Virus record (IMG/VR): IMGVR_UViG_3300028805_003982
Source of the DNA: a virus
Taxonomy: Duplodnaviria; Caudoviricetes
DNA length: 64,000 bases
Reading direction: 5' to 3' (one strand)
Shown here: piece by piece, positions 19,224 to 29,132 of the stretch
Layout of the letters: each line of letters begins with the position of its first letter
Numbering within the stretch: the first letter of the stretch is position 1
Made by a program: the position numbers and the translations under genes
The notes under the pieces: generated by a model
What the model was told of the DNA's origin: nothing
Seen by the model: only the letters and a program-made list of their open reading frames with translations
The model's database searches: none

Positions 19224-19826
19224 ATGGCTAAGACAGCGGATTTTATCTATGCGTTTACAAAACTTGAGACCGCATTAAAGGAACAGTATAACCAAACTGT
19301 TTTGCAGTTTGAGACTGGTTTGCAGGAAACTGATATTGATACGGCGGAAAAGCTTAAGGTGTGCCGTATCTTGCGTAATTATGTTTCTCATCATTCGGAT
19401 AGTATAAAGTTTGTCAGTGTTTCCGATAAACAGGTCGCCTTTTTGGAAGATCTGGTGAACCGGGTTAACGGCATCCCGGCATTAAAAGACTGTTATCAGC
19501 GGCTTACTCCGATAACCCAGAACACATCCAGGGAAGACTTGATGAAGATTCTTGCCAAGAGCAAGTTTGGAATAGTTCCCGTGACGGATCTTTCCGGTTT
19601 TCCTATAGGCAGTTTAAGCTGGGAAGATGCCGTAAAGCTTTTTAATGCCTCATCAGGCAAGAGAATTGATAAAGATACTTTGTTTAAGATCGTTGGAAAA
19701 CAGAAAAATCTTTGTTTGTGTAATCGTAACTACACAGGTGAAGACATACAAAGCGGTAAGGTGATCTTTGTCGTGGACGCCGGAGGATTATATCAGGGCA
19801 TATATAAATATATTAAAAGAGGGTGA
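19224..19826 (+). CDS. Putative HEPN (RxxxxH)-CBS domain protein
   Basis: Helical N-terminus with LRNYVSH; C-terminal CBS-like IVPVTD..G.PIGSLS..D. Confidence 0.6.
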   Translation: MAKTADFIYAFTKLETALKEQYNQTVLQFETGLQETDIDTAEKLKVCRILRNYVSHHSDSIKFVSVSDKQVAFLEDLVNRVNGIPALKDCYQRLTPITQNTSREDLMKILAKSKFGIVPVTDLSGFPIGSLSWEDAVKLFNASSGKRIDKDTLFKIVGKQKNLCLCNRNYTGEDIQSGKVIFVVDAGGLYQGIYKYIKRG

Positions 19827-19834
19827 GATGCTAA

Positions 19835-20143
19835 ATGGCTAATACTGAATTTGAGTTTACTTGGAAATACGGTGATTTTGAGATACGGACAACAAGGGCG
19901 CTTAATAAAGGACATGCGCCCTATGTTGAACTTGTGAAATGGGAAGAAGGGCGTAACGGAAAGAAATCCTGCTTTACGCTTGCCTATTATCGTTGGGACG
20001 ATGAAGGCGGTGAACTTTCTTTTGTTGGGCAGCGGCCTTTTGAGGAGATCAGTGAGATCGATATATCTCCTGTCTGGAAACAGTTATGGCTTGCGTGTCA
20101 GATGTTAAAAGATTGGTGTGATAAAGAATGTCAGGAGGACTGA
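19835..20143 (+). CDS. Hypothetical protein
   Basis: 102 aa, tightly packed in the operon. Confidence 0.6.
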   Translation: MANTEFEFTWKYGDFEIRTTRALNKGHAPYVELVKWEEGRNGKKSCFTLAYYRWDDEGGELSFVGQRPFEEISEIDISPVWKQLWLACQMLKDWCDKECQED

Positions 20144-20145
20144 TG

Positions 20146-20313
20146 ATGGGTCTTTTTGGGACAGAAGAAGAGCGTATCAACAAAAAGATCTTGAAGATCG
20201 AGCATAAGAGGGCAAGGGTTGTGGCAGATCCGCTGCACAGTAAAGATGATCTGATAGCCTTTGACCTTGAATTGGAAGAATTACAGAATAAGTTAAAACA
20301 AATAAAAAGATAA
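20146..20313 (+). CDS. Small coiled-coil hypothetical protein
   Basis: AGGAGG SD before ATG 20146. Confidence 0.55.
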   Translation: MGLFGTEEERINKKILKIEHKRARVVADPLHSKDDLIAFDLELEELQNKLKQIKR

Positions 20314-20325
20314 GGAGAGTTGAGT

Positions 20326-20532
20326 ATGTCAGTAATTAAATGGGTAAACAAGTGGAGTGGCGAAACCGGCTATGTGAAGAGCATTAAGCCTAAGCAGGGT
20401 CACTTCGTAAATACTTTTGAGCAGACAGAAGCTAAAAAGTATAAAGATGAGGCGGTTTTGAACCGTGCGTTGGACGTTCTCATCGCTATCGGTGAGGGTG
20501 ATAACAACTACTTTGAGGTAGTTGAGGCTTAA
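20326..20532 (+). CDS. Small hypothetical protein
   Basis: AAGGAG SD before ATG 20326. Confidence 0.6.
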   Translation: MSVIKWVNKWSGETGYVKSIKPKQGHFVNTFEQTEAKKYKDEAVLNRALDVLIAIGEGDNNYFEVVEA

Positions 20533-20543
20533 GGAGGGCGCAT

Positions 20544-21311
20544 ATGAAACACAAGAAGATATTAGCTGTTCTTTTGGCATCATGCCTTGTTTTTAGTCTT
20601 GCAGGATGCTCGAAAACTAACGAGACAACTGTAAGCGCTCAGACAAGTATTTCCGAGAGTTCAGACACCGGCTCTGATATTACTGACATTACTGCTGTTT
20701 CTTCCGGCGAAGCTACAAGTACGACGGAAGCAGCCGGCTGGGAGTATCTGCTTGACAATATGTCGGATGAAGAGGTAGCGGATCTTGTATTTAATATGGT
20801 ATCTGGCTTTCATTTGGGAATGTCGGTTGACGATTGGTATTCCGTAGTAGGTAAGGTGCCTGCAACTGTTTCTAATGCGAATAAGTTGGAATACAAGTGT
20901 TTAGGTTACAGTATGGGGCATTGGCCTTCTAATGACTATGTAAAGACCATTGAACTTCAGTATATGAGAACAGACGACGGTACTGTTCAGGTAAGTGACT
21001 CCAATCGCAACATAGCTAAGATCGATATTAGTCTGAGATTTGTTGACGAGGCAAGAGCAAAGCATATCTATGAGCTCCTTAAAGAAAAGTTCGCTGTCGT
21101 TACAAATGAGGGGTATCACGAAGATGAAGACGAAGCAAGATACTGGCAGACATATGCTTTCAGCAATACTGAGGATCATAAGTATGATGAGGCTTGGCGT
21201 GTTAAGTGGGGAGGAAGTAATGAAGAGAGCATTCAGATGCACGCTGACGGTATGAGTGAGTATGATATTGAAGTCTGGGCCTTCCTTGAAGGTTATCCTG
21301 GATTGATGTAA
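20544..21311 (+). CDS. Lipoprotein, unknown function
   Basis: Lipobox LAGC, Ser/Thr linker. Confidence 0.75.
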   Translation: MKHKKILAVLLASCLVFSLAGCSKTNETTVSAQTSISESSDTGSDITDITAVSSGEATSTTEAAGWEYLLDNMSDEEVADLVFNMVSGFHLGMSVDDWYSVVGKVPATVSNANKLEYKCLGYSMGHWPSNDYVKTIELQYMRTDDGTVQVSDSNRNIAKIDISLRFVDEARAKHIYELLKEKFAVVTNEGYHEDEDEARYWQTYAFSNTEDHKYDEAWRVKWGGSNEESIQMHADGMSEYDIEVWAFLEGYPGLM

Positions 21312-21360
21312 CGGAACCCTTTATTTATTATAGGTAATTTATAAGAAAGGACATATAATA

Positions 21361-22137
21361 ATGAAAGCAAAGAAAATTATCGCTTTATTCTTAACTATGT
21401 GCTGTCTTGGCTCGTTGGCCGCTTGTAATAGCTCGCCTGTCGAGTCTGCAAACCTTGATCCTGATGCCTCGGTGGTAGAAACCTCAGATAATCAAGGAGA
21501 TGACCATTATTACAAATACTTTAAGGTGTTTGAGATCGTTAAAGATGGTGTAACAACAAAGGCATTTGACCTTGATAAATCCGTAGGTACACTGCAAGAG
21601 GCAAGGGAAAATGTATCTGGTGAAATCAATATCCCCGAGGGTGTTGATACAATTTGCTCATTCAAGGGTTTTACAAAAATCACAAAAGTTACCATTCCCG
21701 AAGGTGTTACAGTTCTTCCTTTTGCTTGTTTTGAGGGTTGTTCTGCTCTTACAGAGGTTAAATTAGCTGACTCCATTGAAGTTATTGAGGGAAATACTTT
21801 TAAGAGCTGTACTAATATGACTTCGGTTGTCATGCCGAAATCGCTTAAAACTCTTGGTGGAACTGCTGATTATTACAGGAGTGGAATATCAAGTATCTAT
21901 TTTCCTGCTGAAGTTCAACTTGAAAACTATATAAAGAAAAGTGATCTTGGTGTTTCTTTTACTTGTATGCCTCGAATAATGGGGAGTAGGGTAATAACCG
22001 TATATTTAGTTGAGGGTTCTTGGTTGGACGTAAACTTTAAGAGTCTATATGAGGACGAGTCTTCTGAATATGAATGGGCCGTTGACCATAATGAGGATAG
22101 AAGTGATTTACCAGAAATAGCCTATTGGAATGGCTAA
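21361..22137 (+). CDS. Lipoprotein with BspA-type leucine-rich repeats
   Basis: Lipobox LAAC; IPEGV..., FEGCSALTEVKL, FKSCTNMTSVVMP repeats. Confidence 0.8.
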   Translation: MKAKKIIALFLTMCCLGSLAACNSSPVESANLDPDASVVETSDNQGDDHYYKYFKVFEIVKDGVTTKAFDLDKSVGTLQEARENVSGEINIPEGVDTICSFKGFTKITKVTIPEGVTVLPFACFEGCSALTEVKLADSIEVIEGNTFKSCTNMTSVVMPKSLKTLGGTADYYRSGISSIYFPAEVQLENYIKKSDLGVSFTCMPRIMGSRVITVYLVEGSWLDVNFKSLYEDESSEYEWAVDHNEDRSDLPEIAYWNG

Positions 22138-22201
22138 TAGCTACCGGAGCTAGTGCCTTGCGATGCACTTAAATAATTTATAAACAGAAAGGTGTTTTAC
22201 T

Positions 22202-22915
22202 ATGAAACATAAGAAAATCTTAGCTATTCTTTTGACTTTTAGTTTGGCTGCCGGATTTACGGCGTGCACCAAGCCCGCGGCAACGAGTGATACCAGCAAT
22301 TCGGTGCCTGATATCTCTATTTCAGAATCGGAGCCAACGTCATTTGAAACAGAAGAAACAGAAGATATGGCATTTTCAGAGTTCTATAGTCTTGAAAATA
22401 TGTCAGCTTCTGAGATCAAGGGTGTACTTGAGAAATATTATACTGAGATAATCCCTGCCGAGGGACAGTCTTCTGATGAATTCAGGAAGAGTCTTCCGGT
22501 GATCCCCGAGAGGATCGTTAACGGATCTCCCGAAACTAATTGCTTTGCATCTTACAGGGGGCTTGATACCGAAGGACATAGCAGGGTCTTGGTTATCAGC
22601 TGGGAAGGTTTCATTGAAGGAGAAAATGATGTTTTTGCTCCGGCTGATGTTCATGACCCCAAGACGAAGTTTGATATGGTAATTCAGGGAAAAGATTTGG
22701 CGTTAGAACTGTTGGATCTTTATCGCCAGGAGATTAACTCTATCGGTTTTGAGCAGGTTACCGATCAGAACCAGGGTAATATCTGGTCTCTTAGCGGTGC
22801 TTCCGATTTTGTTGACCAGCGTGCGACTAAATCTATTTCGGTATTGATTGGTCCGGCTACTACAGAAGGCGATGACTTTTGGACAGTTACGGTTAAGCAT
22901 TCTTACGTAAAGTAA
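22202..22915 (+). CDS. Lipoprotein, probable divergent paralog of 20544
   Basis: Identical MKHKKILA start, lipobox FTAC, YSLENMS vs YLLDNMS. Confidence 0.7.
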   Translation: MKHKKILAILLTFSLAAGFTACTKPAATSDTSNSVPDISISESEPTSFETEETEDMAFSEFYSLENMSASEIKGVLEKYYTEIIPAEGQSSDEFRKSLPVIPERIVNGSPETNCFASYRGLDTEGHSRVLVISWEGFIEGENDVFAPADVHDPKTKFDMVIQGKDLALELLDLYRQEINSIGFEQVTDQNQGNIWSLSGASDFVDQRATKSISVLIGPATTEGDDFWTVTVKHSYVK

Positions 22916-23017
22916 ACCGGATAACGACATGGGGGAAAATGCATGAATTATAAGGCAGGAGCACCTAAAACATAAACATATTTTATCATCGGTATAAGGG
23001 GGAGCCGAACACGGGGG

Positions 23018-25507
23018 TTGGTGTTAGTGAAAAAGAGAAATTGTTTGGCTGCGTTGTTGATAACGTTTATTGTTATAAGTCATCTGTCGCCCTGCTTGGT
23101 CTTGGGCGATGGTGAAACCACGCTTCCCGAGACCCAAGAACAGTCTGAGATCCAAGAGGGGGCTGAGGTTGATGCAGAAGTTTCTGAACAACCGGGGGTT
23201 GAAAATGATTCAACTGATCCGGTTAACGAAGATAAAGAGACTGTTGCAGAAGCTGCCGGTTCAGAAGAGGCTGAAGAGATTTCCGAGCAGGCAGAAGAAT
23301 CCGCAAATGATGGGTCTTCCGATGGGTTTGAGTCTACTCAAACAGACGCCCCCGAGGAGCAAAAACCCGTTTTAAGGGGGTCTGTAAGGAGCGCTGCGTT
23401 GGAGATAACCTACGTTAATGGGAAATACGTTTATGACGGGGCAGAACACGACACGTTCCCTGTCAGCGGCGATTATATACTGGGTTCTGATGTTCCCGTA
23501 TACAGTCAGATATCCGTAGGAGATGCAAATGGCAGTGTTTTGAGCATAGATCTGAACGGATATGATCTCATAGACAGGTCCGGTACTAATAAGCCTTTCT
23601 TTTCGGTCCAGCAAAATGATGTTCTTAACGTTACCGGAACATCAGGCAAGATACGATCTGAACAAACGGCGCATCATACGGCGGTCTATCTTAATAACGG
23701 CGGTACATTCAATTTTAGCGGCGGAAGTTTGGAAGACTTTGTATCAGATACTTACGGCGGCGGGGTTGATGTTGAACATGCTAATGATGTGTTCAGGATG
23801 ACAGGTACTGCTTCGATAAAGAATTGTGGTACGACATATGCATCAGGCGGTGGCGGTATAAATGTCCTTCGCGGAAAGTTTTATATGACTGATAATGCTT
23901 CGGTCACGGAATGCTATACCTCTTTTTCTTCGGGCGGGGAGAAGAAGGGCAATGGGGCAGGTATTCAGGTCGGCACTAACGGCTCCTTCTATCTGTCCGG
24001 TAATGCCGTGATCGCCAATAACCACGGTACCGGGTATCACGGCGCCGGCGTTGACCTGTGGAGTTCCGGCATTATGTATCTTTCAGGGTCACCCACGATC
24101 GTTAATAACATGAACGGCAAGAATCAGCCTGTTAACCTTTATGCAGGTTCCGTTGTTAGGATAAACGGTGTTTTAACGGGCACTCCTGATTCTATCGGTG
24201 TCTCCGTTCAAAGCAATCCTGTTTTTACGACCGGACTTAAAGAGCATAATCCTGATGCGGACATCGCGGATCTGATCGGTATTTTTGACTCTGACAGATA
24301 TTATTGGGAAGACCTTCCCAGACATCTTGAGTATTCCATCATTGACCAAGATGGGTTGGAAGCGAAGCAGTCGCCTACCATAATGGTTCATTTTATGACT
24401 AACATAGATGATCCGGAGGCCGAGTATAAAAATCAGTACATCGTTCCCGGCGGGTATGCCACAAATCCGGGCAATCCGTCAAGGACGGGGTATAACTTTA
24501 AGGGCTGGTATACAACTGCAGCAGGTACCGGCAGCGCCTGGTCTTTTAATAACAACAACGTGCCGGTTGATCACGATCTGTATCTGTATGCTAAATGGGA
24601 AAAGAAAACCTATAATATGACAGTTGTCGTTACGGAGAATGAGTATTCCGACAAAATTACTACTTCCGGCAATACCACAGTAGCATATGGAGAAGACTGG
24701 ACATTTACGGCAGAAACCGAAGAAGGCTACTATATAAGTGCCGTCAAGATCGATTCAACCGTTCAACCCATTGAGGGTCAGCCTGCCGAGTATGAGACGA
24801 CGATAGGCCCGATATCTTCTGCAAGGACGGTTACGGTTACGGTCGGGCGCGAGGAAGTGACCCTTACTCTTGCCGCGTTAGATAATACGCATCAATCGGC
24901 ATGGTCTTGTGATACTCCTGAAACAACCGTGTTTTATGGAGAATCAGCTGAGCTTGAAGGAACTTTTGCCGACGGATATTACGTAAAATCGATCACCGTT
25001 GAAGGGGTGGCATTACCGGCAGAACAGTATTCGATCGAGAAAAATGCCGTCAGAGTGTCCTATATGGAGCTTATGACAGATATCGATGTAGTAGTTGAGC
25101 TTGAAAAGTATTTGAAAATAGACGTAGTAAAAGACGGCTCAGCAGGATATTCGGATGAGACTCTGGATCTATATCTGGCTGAAGCAGGGGCTTCCCAGAC
25201 GGTCGTATTAAAGTCTGCTGACGGGTATTTCATAGACGAAGTGGAAGTAGACGGGGTTTTAAGATCCGATGTGGGCGATCAGACAGGTTCATACACCGTG
25301 TCTTTTGAGAATATCAGTTCGGATCACACCATCAGATATACAGTGACCCGGCCGGCGGTTATGATTCCGGAGCCTACGGGATTTTCGGACAATTCATCTT
25401 GGTTATCTTTAACAGTTGCTATATACGCGTCTCTTTTAGCAGGATTAGTAACTTTTAAGATCATAAATAAAAATGATACTTTGGAGGAAAAAGAGTATGA
25501 AAACTAA
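23018..25507 (+). CDS. Sortase-anchored surface protein (beta-helix-like region + InlB B-repeat)
   Basis: Signal peptide (start may be GTG 23027), acidic linker, GGG-type repeats, PSRTGYNFKGWY..LYAKW, PEPTG + TM. Confidence 0.75.
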   Translation: MVLVKKRNCLAALLITFIVISHLSPCLVLGDGETTLPETQEQSEIQEGAEVDAEVSEQPGVENDSTDPVNEDKETVAEAAGSEEAEEISEQAEESANDGSSDGFESTQTDAPEEQKPVLRGSVRSAALEITYVNGKYVYDGAEHDTFPVSGDYILGSDVPVYSQISVGDANGSVLSIDLNGYDLIDRSGTNKPFFSVQQNDVLNVTGTSGKIRSEQTAHHTAVYLNNGGTFNFSGGSLEDFVSDTYGGGVDVEHANDVFRMTGTASIKNCGTTYASGGGGINVLRGKFYMTDNASVTECYTSFSSGGEKKGNGAGIQVGTNGSFYLSGNAVIANNHGTGYHGAGVDLWSSGIMYLSGSPTIVNNMNGKNQPVNLYAGSVVRINGVLTGTPDSIGVSVQSNPVFTTGLKEHNPDADIADLIGIFDSDRYYWEDLPRHLEYSIIDQDGLEAKQSPTIMVHFMTNIDDPEAEYKNQYIVPGGYATNPGNPSRTGYNFKGWYTTAAGTGSAWSFNNNNVPVDHDLYLYAKWEKKTYNMTVVVTENEYSDKITTSGNTTVAYGEDWTFTAETEEGYYISAVKIDSTVQPIEGQPAEYETTIGPISSARTVTVTVGREEVTLTLAALDNTHQSAWSCDTPETTVFYGESAELEGTFADGYYVKSITVEGVALPAEQYSIEKNAVRVSYMELMTDIDVVVELEKYLKIDVVKDGSAGYSDETLDLYLAEAGASQTVVLKSADGYFIDEVEVDGVLRSDVGDQTGSYTVSFENISSDHTIRYTVTRPAVMIPEPTGFSDNSSWLSLTVAIYASLLAGLVTFKIINKNDTLEEKEYEN

Positions 25508-26084
25508 AACAAACAGAAAGATCGCGGCAGCTTGTATGCTGCTTGCCATGGGCTTGACAGTGGTAGCAGCCAAGAGCCCCGTTGCAGGGCTTCATCCTAT
25601 TTCAGCTATCGCTAACACGGGTGAAGACATTACAGGAAGGATCGTTATCGAAGAAGGTGTTGATGAGAAGGGCGTTATTGGCATGAATGCGGGTGGCTTG
25701 GATTCAACATATAAGAACGATGATTTCGTGGTTGTTGACACATTTGATTGTTATTATGTTGACGCTGACGGCAATAAAACTGCCCTTCCTTATGACCATG
25801 TAACTATACAGGCATCTTATCAATCCGATGAGAATGACGCCGTTATTGTTCTTCATTATGCCGACGGTAAGTGGCAGGCAGTAGGTGAGGCCATCTCTAC
25901 TTCGGTAGTTGAGTTCAACGTCGAGAGCCTTTCTCCTTTTGCGATCGCGAAGAAGTCTGCACATTCTTCAGCACAGACCGGAGATTTTGCTTCAGTAGCT
26001 GTTCTTGGCGGTTCTGCAATTTGTGCTTTCGGCGGTGTGGTAGCTCTTCAGAATGCACGTAAGAGCAGGGAAGACGAGGCCTGA
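25497..26084 (+). CDS. Small sortase-anchored surface protein
   Basis: GGAGG SD, signal peptide, VLHY.DGKW...SLSPFAI, SAQTG + TM + RKSR. Confidence 0.7.
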   Translation: MKTKTNRKIAAACMLLAMGLTVVAAKSPVAGLHPISAIANTGEDITGRIVIEEGVDEKGVIGMNAGGLDSTYKNDDFVVVDTFDCYYVDADGNKTALPYDHVTIQASYQSDENDAVIVLHYADGKWQAVGEAISTSVVEFNVESLSPFAIAKKSAHSSAQTGDFASVAVLGGSAICAFGGVVALQNARKSREDEA

Positions 26085-26119
26085 CCGTTTACGGGGATTA
26101 TAGAATTCAGTACGTTGAT

Positions 26120-26275
26120 ATGAAACATTTTTTAGCCGCCATGTGTATGTTTTCCGGTTTTATTTTATGGCCCGTTGCGTTTGCTTTGATTAAGAAAGCA
26201 TCCGGAAAGGTCATTACGTGTTTGGTGCTGTCAGGGTTGTTTTTAATGATGTTAGGAGGAGTTTTGTTCATTTAA
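26120..26275 (+). CDS. Possible 51-aa two-TM membrane peptide (below ORF-track cutoff)
   Basis: MKHFLAAMCMFSGFILWPVAFALIKKASGKVITCLVLSGLFLMMLGGVLFI; no clear SD. Confidence 0.35.
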   Translation: MKHFLAAMCMFSGFILWPVAFALIKKASGKVITCLVLSGLFLMMLGGVLFI

Positions 26276-26321
26276 TACAATGCTGTTGCATTATTAAGTT
26301 TCGGGTATTAGGGGGTATGTA

Positions 26322-26885
26322 ATGTCTACTTACTATGATTTTTATCTGGCCAGAAAGAACGCTGAAGGTAAATATGTTCTTGCCGGGAACTATGTTTTTG
26401 ACGGAGAGAAATACGTTCTTACCTCTCTGTTTTCCCGTTCTGGCGGGTTTATGAGCGGCTTTAATGATATTGGTTTTTGGCAGTTGTCTGCCGATCAGCT
26501 GGGGACCGCGGAACAGGAAAAGTTTGTGCACTCTTATGGGGAGGGGCATTCATATTGTACTGCACAGGTTCTTAAGCTTTCTGAACTGGAAGCTGTCGCC
26601 GAGCTGGATAACCGCGGCTTAAGACTTGGATATGTGTTAAAGTCGAAACTTAAGATGATTCATGACCTTGATTATAAGCTGGAATGTTGGGATGTTGAGT
26701 TAAAAACATCTGATGAAGTAGCGGAGATGTCCGAGAAAGAGCGTGCGAAATACGCAAGAACAGCTTTTGTAGAGACCGATTCACGCGGATACATAGCTGA
26801 TTGTATAGTAAAGGCGTGCGGCACTTTAACCTATGAGTATTATGGGAATATTGATGATTTTTATATTATCTGCGAGATCCATTGA
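26322..26885 (+). CDS. Hypothetical protein
   Basis: AGGGGG SD, 187 aa. Confidence 0.65.
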   Translation: MSTYYDFYLARKNAEGKYVLAGNYVFDGEKYVLTSLFSRSGGFMSGFNDIGFWQLSADQLGTAEQEKFVHSYGEGHSYCTAQVLKLSELEAVAELDNRGLRLGYVLKSKLKMIHDLDYKLECWDVELKTSDEVAEMSEKERAKYARTAFVETDSRGYIADCIVKACGTLTYEYYGNIDDFYIICEIH

Positions 26886-26899
26886 GCCGAAATTCTGCT

Positions 26900-26934
26900 A
26901 AGACTGTTCTATTTTAAGGCTTTCCCGTCATACT
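26900..26934 (+). promoter_or_regulatory. Class B promoter motif, copy 1
   Basis: AAGAC-tgt-TCTA-N15-GTCATACT. Confidence 0.5.
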
Positions 26935-26967
26935 GTAGATATATTGAGAAAGGACGGGCTGATTTTT

Positions 26968-27183
26968 ATGTGGGAACTGTTTCTTAAACGCGATAACAGC
27001 ATTTTGTGTTTTGGTCTGTTTTCGACCGAACATTTAGACGAAGCCAAGCAACTGCTGGAGGCAGCTTATCCTGACGGGTATGTCTACGTACAAGAGAAAG
27101 AATATGATGTTCTTAATTTCTATGCAGACGGCATAAAGCATACCGTTGATTTTAACGATCCTGAACGGGATGTATCGCTATAA
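26968..27183 (+). CDS. Hypothetical protein
   Basis: ATG 26968 downstream of AAAGGA. Confidence 0.5.
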   Translation: MWELFLKRDNSILCFGLFSTEHLDEAKQLLEAAYPDGYVYVQEKEYDVLNFYADGIKHTVDFNDPERDVSL

Positions 27184-27193
27184 GGAGGATAAC

Positions 27194-27382
27194 ATGGCTA
27201 AGTATCGGGTTTGGGCAAAAATGACTTCATATAGTTTTTTGGATGTTGAAGCAGAAAGTGAACAGGAAGCTCTTGAAATAGCAGAAGATGCAGACGGTGG
27301 CGAGTTTATCACTACCGAAGACGGCGATTGGGAGCTATTGCCGGATGTTAAGCCTTTGGATAATGACGGGCCGGAGCTTTGA
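27194..27382 (+). CDS. Small acidic protein (DpnD/PcfM-like)
   Basis: AAGGAGG SD; MAKYRV...VEAESEQEALEIA pattern. Confidence 0.55.
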   Translation: MAKYRVWAKMTSYSFLDVEAESEQEALEIAEDADGGEFITTEDGDWELLPDVKPLDNDGPEL

Positions 27383-27402
27383 TCGGCAGTAAGGAGACTG
27401 TT

Positions 27403-27729
27403 ATGGATACTGTAAAAATCGACGGGCATAAATGCGTTATTGAAAAAGAGTGGGATGATTATTCCGATGGTAGTTTTTATAACTACCTTGTAGGCAAGGC
27501 GGTTGATCGTGACGGCGGCGAATTTTATTACGCATCATGTTTCTACAAAATGAGTAGGCCTGAATATTGGATGTCCGGAAAATATAAAAATACCTTTGAG
27601 TATGATCACAACCCCGAAAAGGTTGAGGTTGAGCGTGATATGGGAGATTTTATTGCAGAAAAGGTTTTAAACGAGCATGAGGCAGAATTCGGTGCTGACG
27701 GGCGTTTGGCTCAGGAGAGAGGACTTTGA
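27403..27729 (+). CDS. Hypothetical protein
   Basis: AAGGAG SD before ATG 27403. Confidence 0.6.
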   Translation: MDTVKIDGHKCVIEKEWDDYSDGSFYNYLVGKAVDRDGGEFYYASCFYKMSRPEYWMSGKYKNTFEYDHNPEKVEVERDMGDFIAEKVLNEHEAEFGADGRLAQERGL

Positions 27730-28337
27730 TGGATCGAAATGATTTTGTTTTTGACGATATGTGGGTTAATGATGACCTAGGCACCATAACCTTTTATTAT
27801 TCGACTTCACTTGAGACGCTAAAAAGTTTAACGGATGCACACGACACCGAACTTTTATATGGGGCCGATTCAGCAACGTTATCAATTGAATGTCCAAACC
27901 CGTGCAAACAGCCGGTTGTCGAATATGCTTCCGTTATGATATCTCCGTGCGTAAAAGGTTCCGATGTTGATTGGGCTGATGTTGATTTCCCGGATTCCGA
28001 TCTTTTGGAGCAGCTTATTGTTGTCGGGTTTAACGTTAAAGGTTATGACGAGTGGGATAAGGATTATCAGCAGTTTATTTTGGAGAAATTTTTCGGAGAA
28101 TGTGTCCGATATTGGGAAAGAACCTTAAAAACAGATGCGGATCTTGATGTTATGCCTTTTCTTAAAGCAATGAAAGAGATCCCTTTAAAATACCCGTATG
28201 CACCTGACGGCAAAGATTTTGACCCCGATATAAGACAAACCTTTGTTAAATGCCGATATATGGATTGTTACGGCAGAGATTGGGAAGATAAATATAATCA
28301 TGATTTTCCCGGAGAAAACAGCCGTTCTATAAATTAA
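27726..28337 (+). CDS. Hypothetical acidic protein
   Basis: Translationally coupled to the upstream ORF. Confidence 0.6.
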   Translation: MMDRNDFVFDDMWVNDDLGTITFYYSTSLETLKSLTDAHDTELLYGADSATLSIECPNPCKQPVVEYASVMISPCVKGSDVDWADVDFPDSDLLEQLIVVGFNVKGYDEWDKDYQQFILEKFFGECVRYWERTLKTDADLDVMPFLKAMKEIPLKYPYAPDGKDFDPDIRQTFVKCRYMDCYGRDWEDKYNHDFPGENSRSIN

Positions 28338-28354
28338 AAGAAAGCGAGATATTT

Positions 28355-28951
28355 ATGACACCCGAACAGATCGAAACTAACAAACAGACTTTTATTCAGC
28401 TTCTCTCACAGGTGCAAAGACCAGGTATTGACAGGCTGATAAACTGGCTTTGCAGCAATGACTTTTTTACGGCACCTGCATCTACCAAATACCATCTTAA
28501 CGAGGAGGGCGGTCTTTGCCTCCATTCTCTTAATGTGTATAAACTCTTATCTATGAAAGTGCAGTCGGGGTTGGTTCAGCTTTCTCCGGAAACCGTGATC
28601 ATAACAGCGTTGTGCCACGACATCTGTAAAGCCAATTTTTATGTAACCGAACAGCGTTGGCGTAAAGACGAGAACAATAAGTGGGAATCGTATGAGACCT
28701 GGGCGGTGGATGAGAAGATGCCCATAGGGCACGGCGAAAAGAGCTGCTATATTCTGCAGAGCTTTACCTGGATCAGCCCGGAAGAGTATGCAATGATCCG
28801 TTTCCACATGGGAAAGGAAGCTGACGGATATAACGATTATTTTACCAAGGCTGCTTCTAAGTATCCCGGAGTTGCGGCGATCCATGCGGCTGATATGGAG
28901 TCTGCTTTTATATTTGAAGCGCCTGAAGTTGATGACGGGCACAGTTTATGA
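28355..28951 (+). CDS. HD-domain phosphohydrolase (phage/MGE type)
   Basis: FFTAPASTKYH, GGLCLHSLNV, ALCHDICK, GHGEKS, IRFHMG, HAAD. Confidence 0.9.
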   Translation: MTPEQIETNKQTFIQLLSQVQRPGIDRLINWLCSNDFFTAPASTKYHLNEEGGLCLHSLNVYKLLSMKVQSGLVQLSPETVIITALCHDICKANFYVTEQRWRKDENNKWESYETWAVDEKMPIGHGEKSCYILQSFTWISPEEYAMIRFHMGKEADGYNDYFTKAASKYPGVAAIHAADMESAFIFEAPEVDDGHSL

Positions 28952-28962
28952 GAGGCGATACC

Positions 28963-29121
28963 ATGACAGAGGAGATAAAGAAGACCGGTTCGGTAAATAT
29001 AGACAGTCCTAAAGAGGCTGATGAGTTTCTTCGCAGTACAAAGGAAGAAGCGGTACTTCGTGTGTTTATCGATCTTGACGTGTTATTTCACAACGATTCA
29101 GGGTTATTGTCTGATGAATAG
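28963..29121 (+). CDS. Small hypothetical protein (52 aa, below ORF-track cutoff)
   Basis: GAGG SD; fills the gap between flanking ORFs. Confidence 0.45.
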   Translation: MTEEIKKTGSVNIDSPKEADEFLRSTKEEAVLRVFIDLDVLFHNDSGLLSDE

Positions 29122-29132
29122 GGGAGGAGAGT

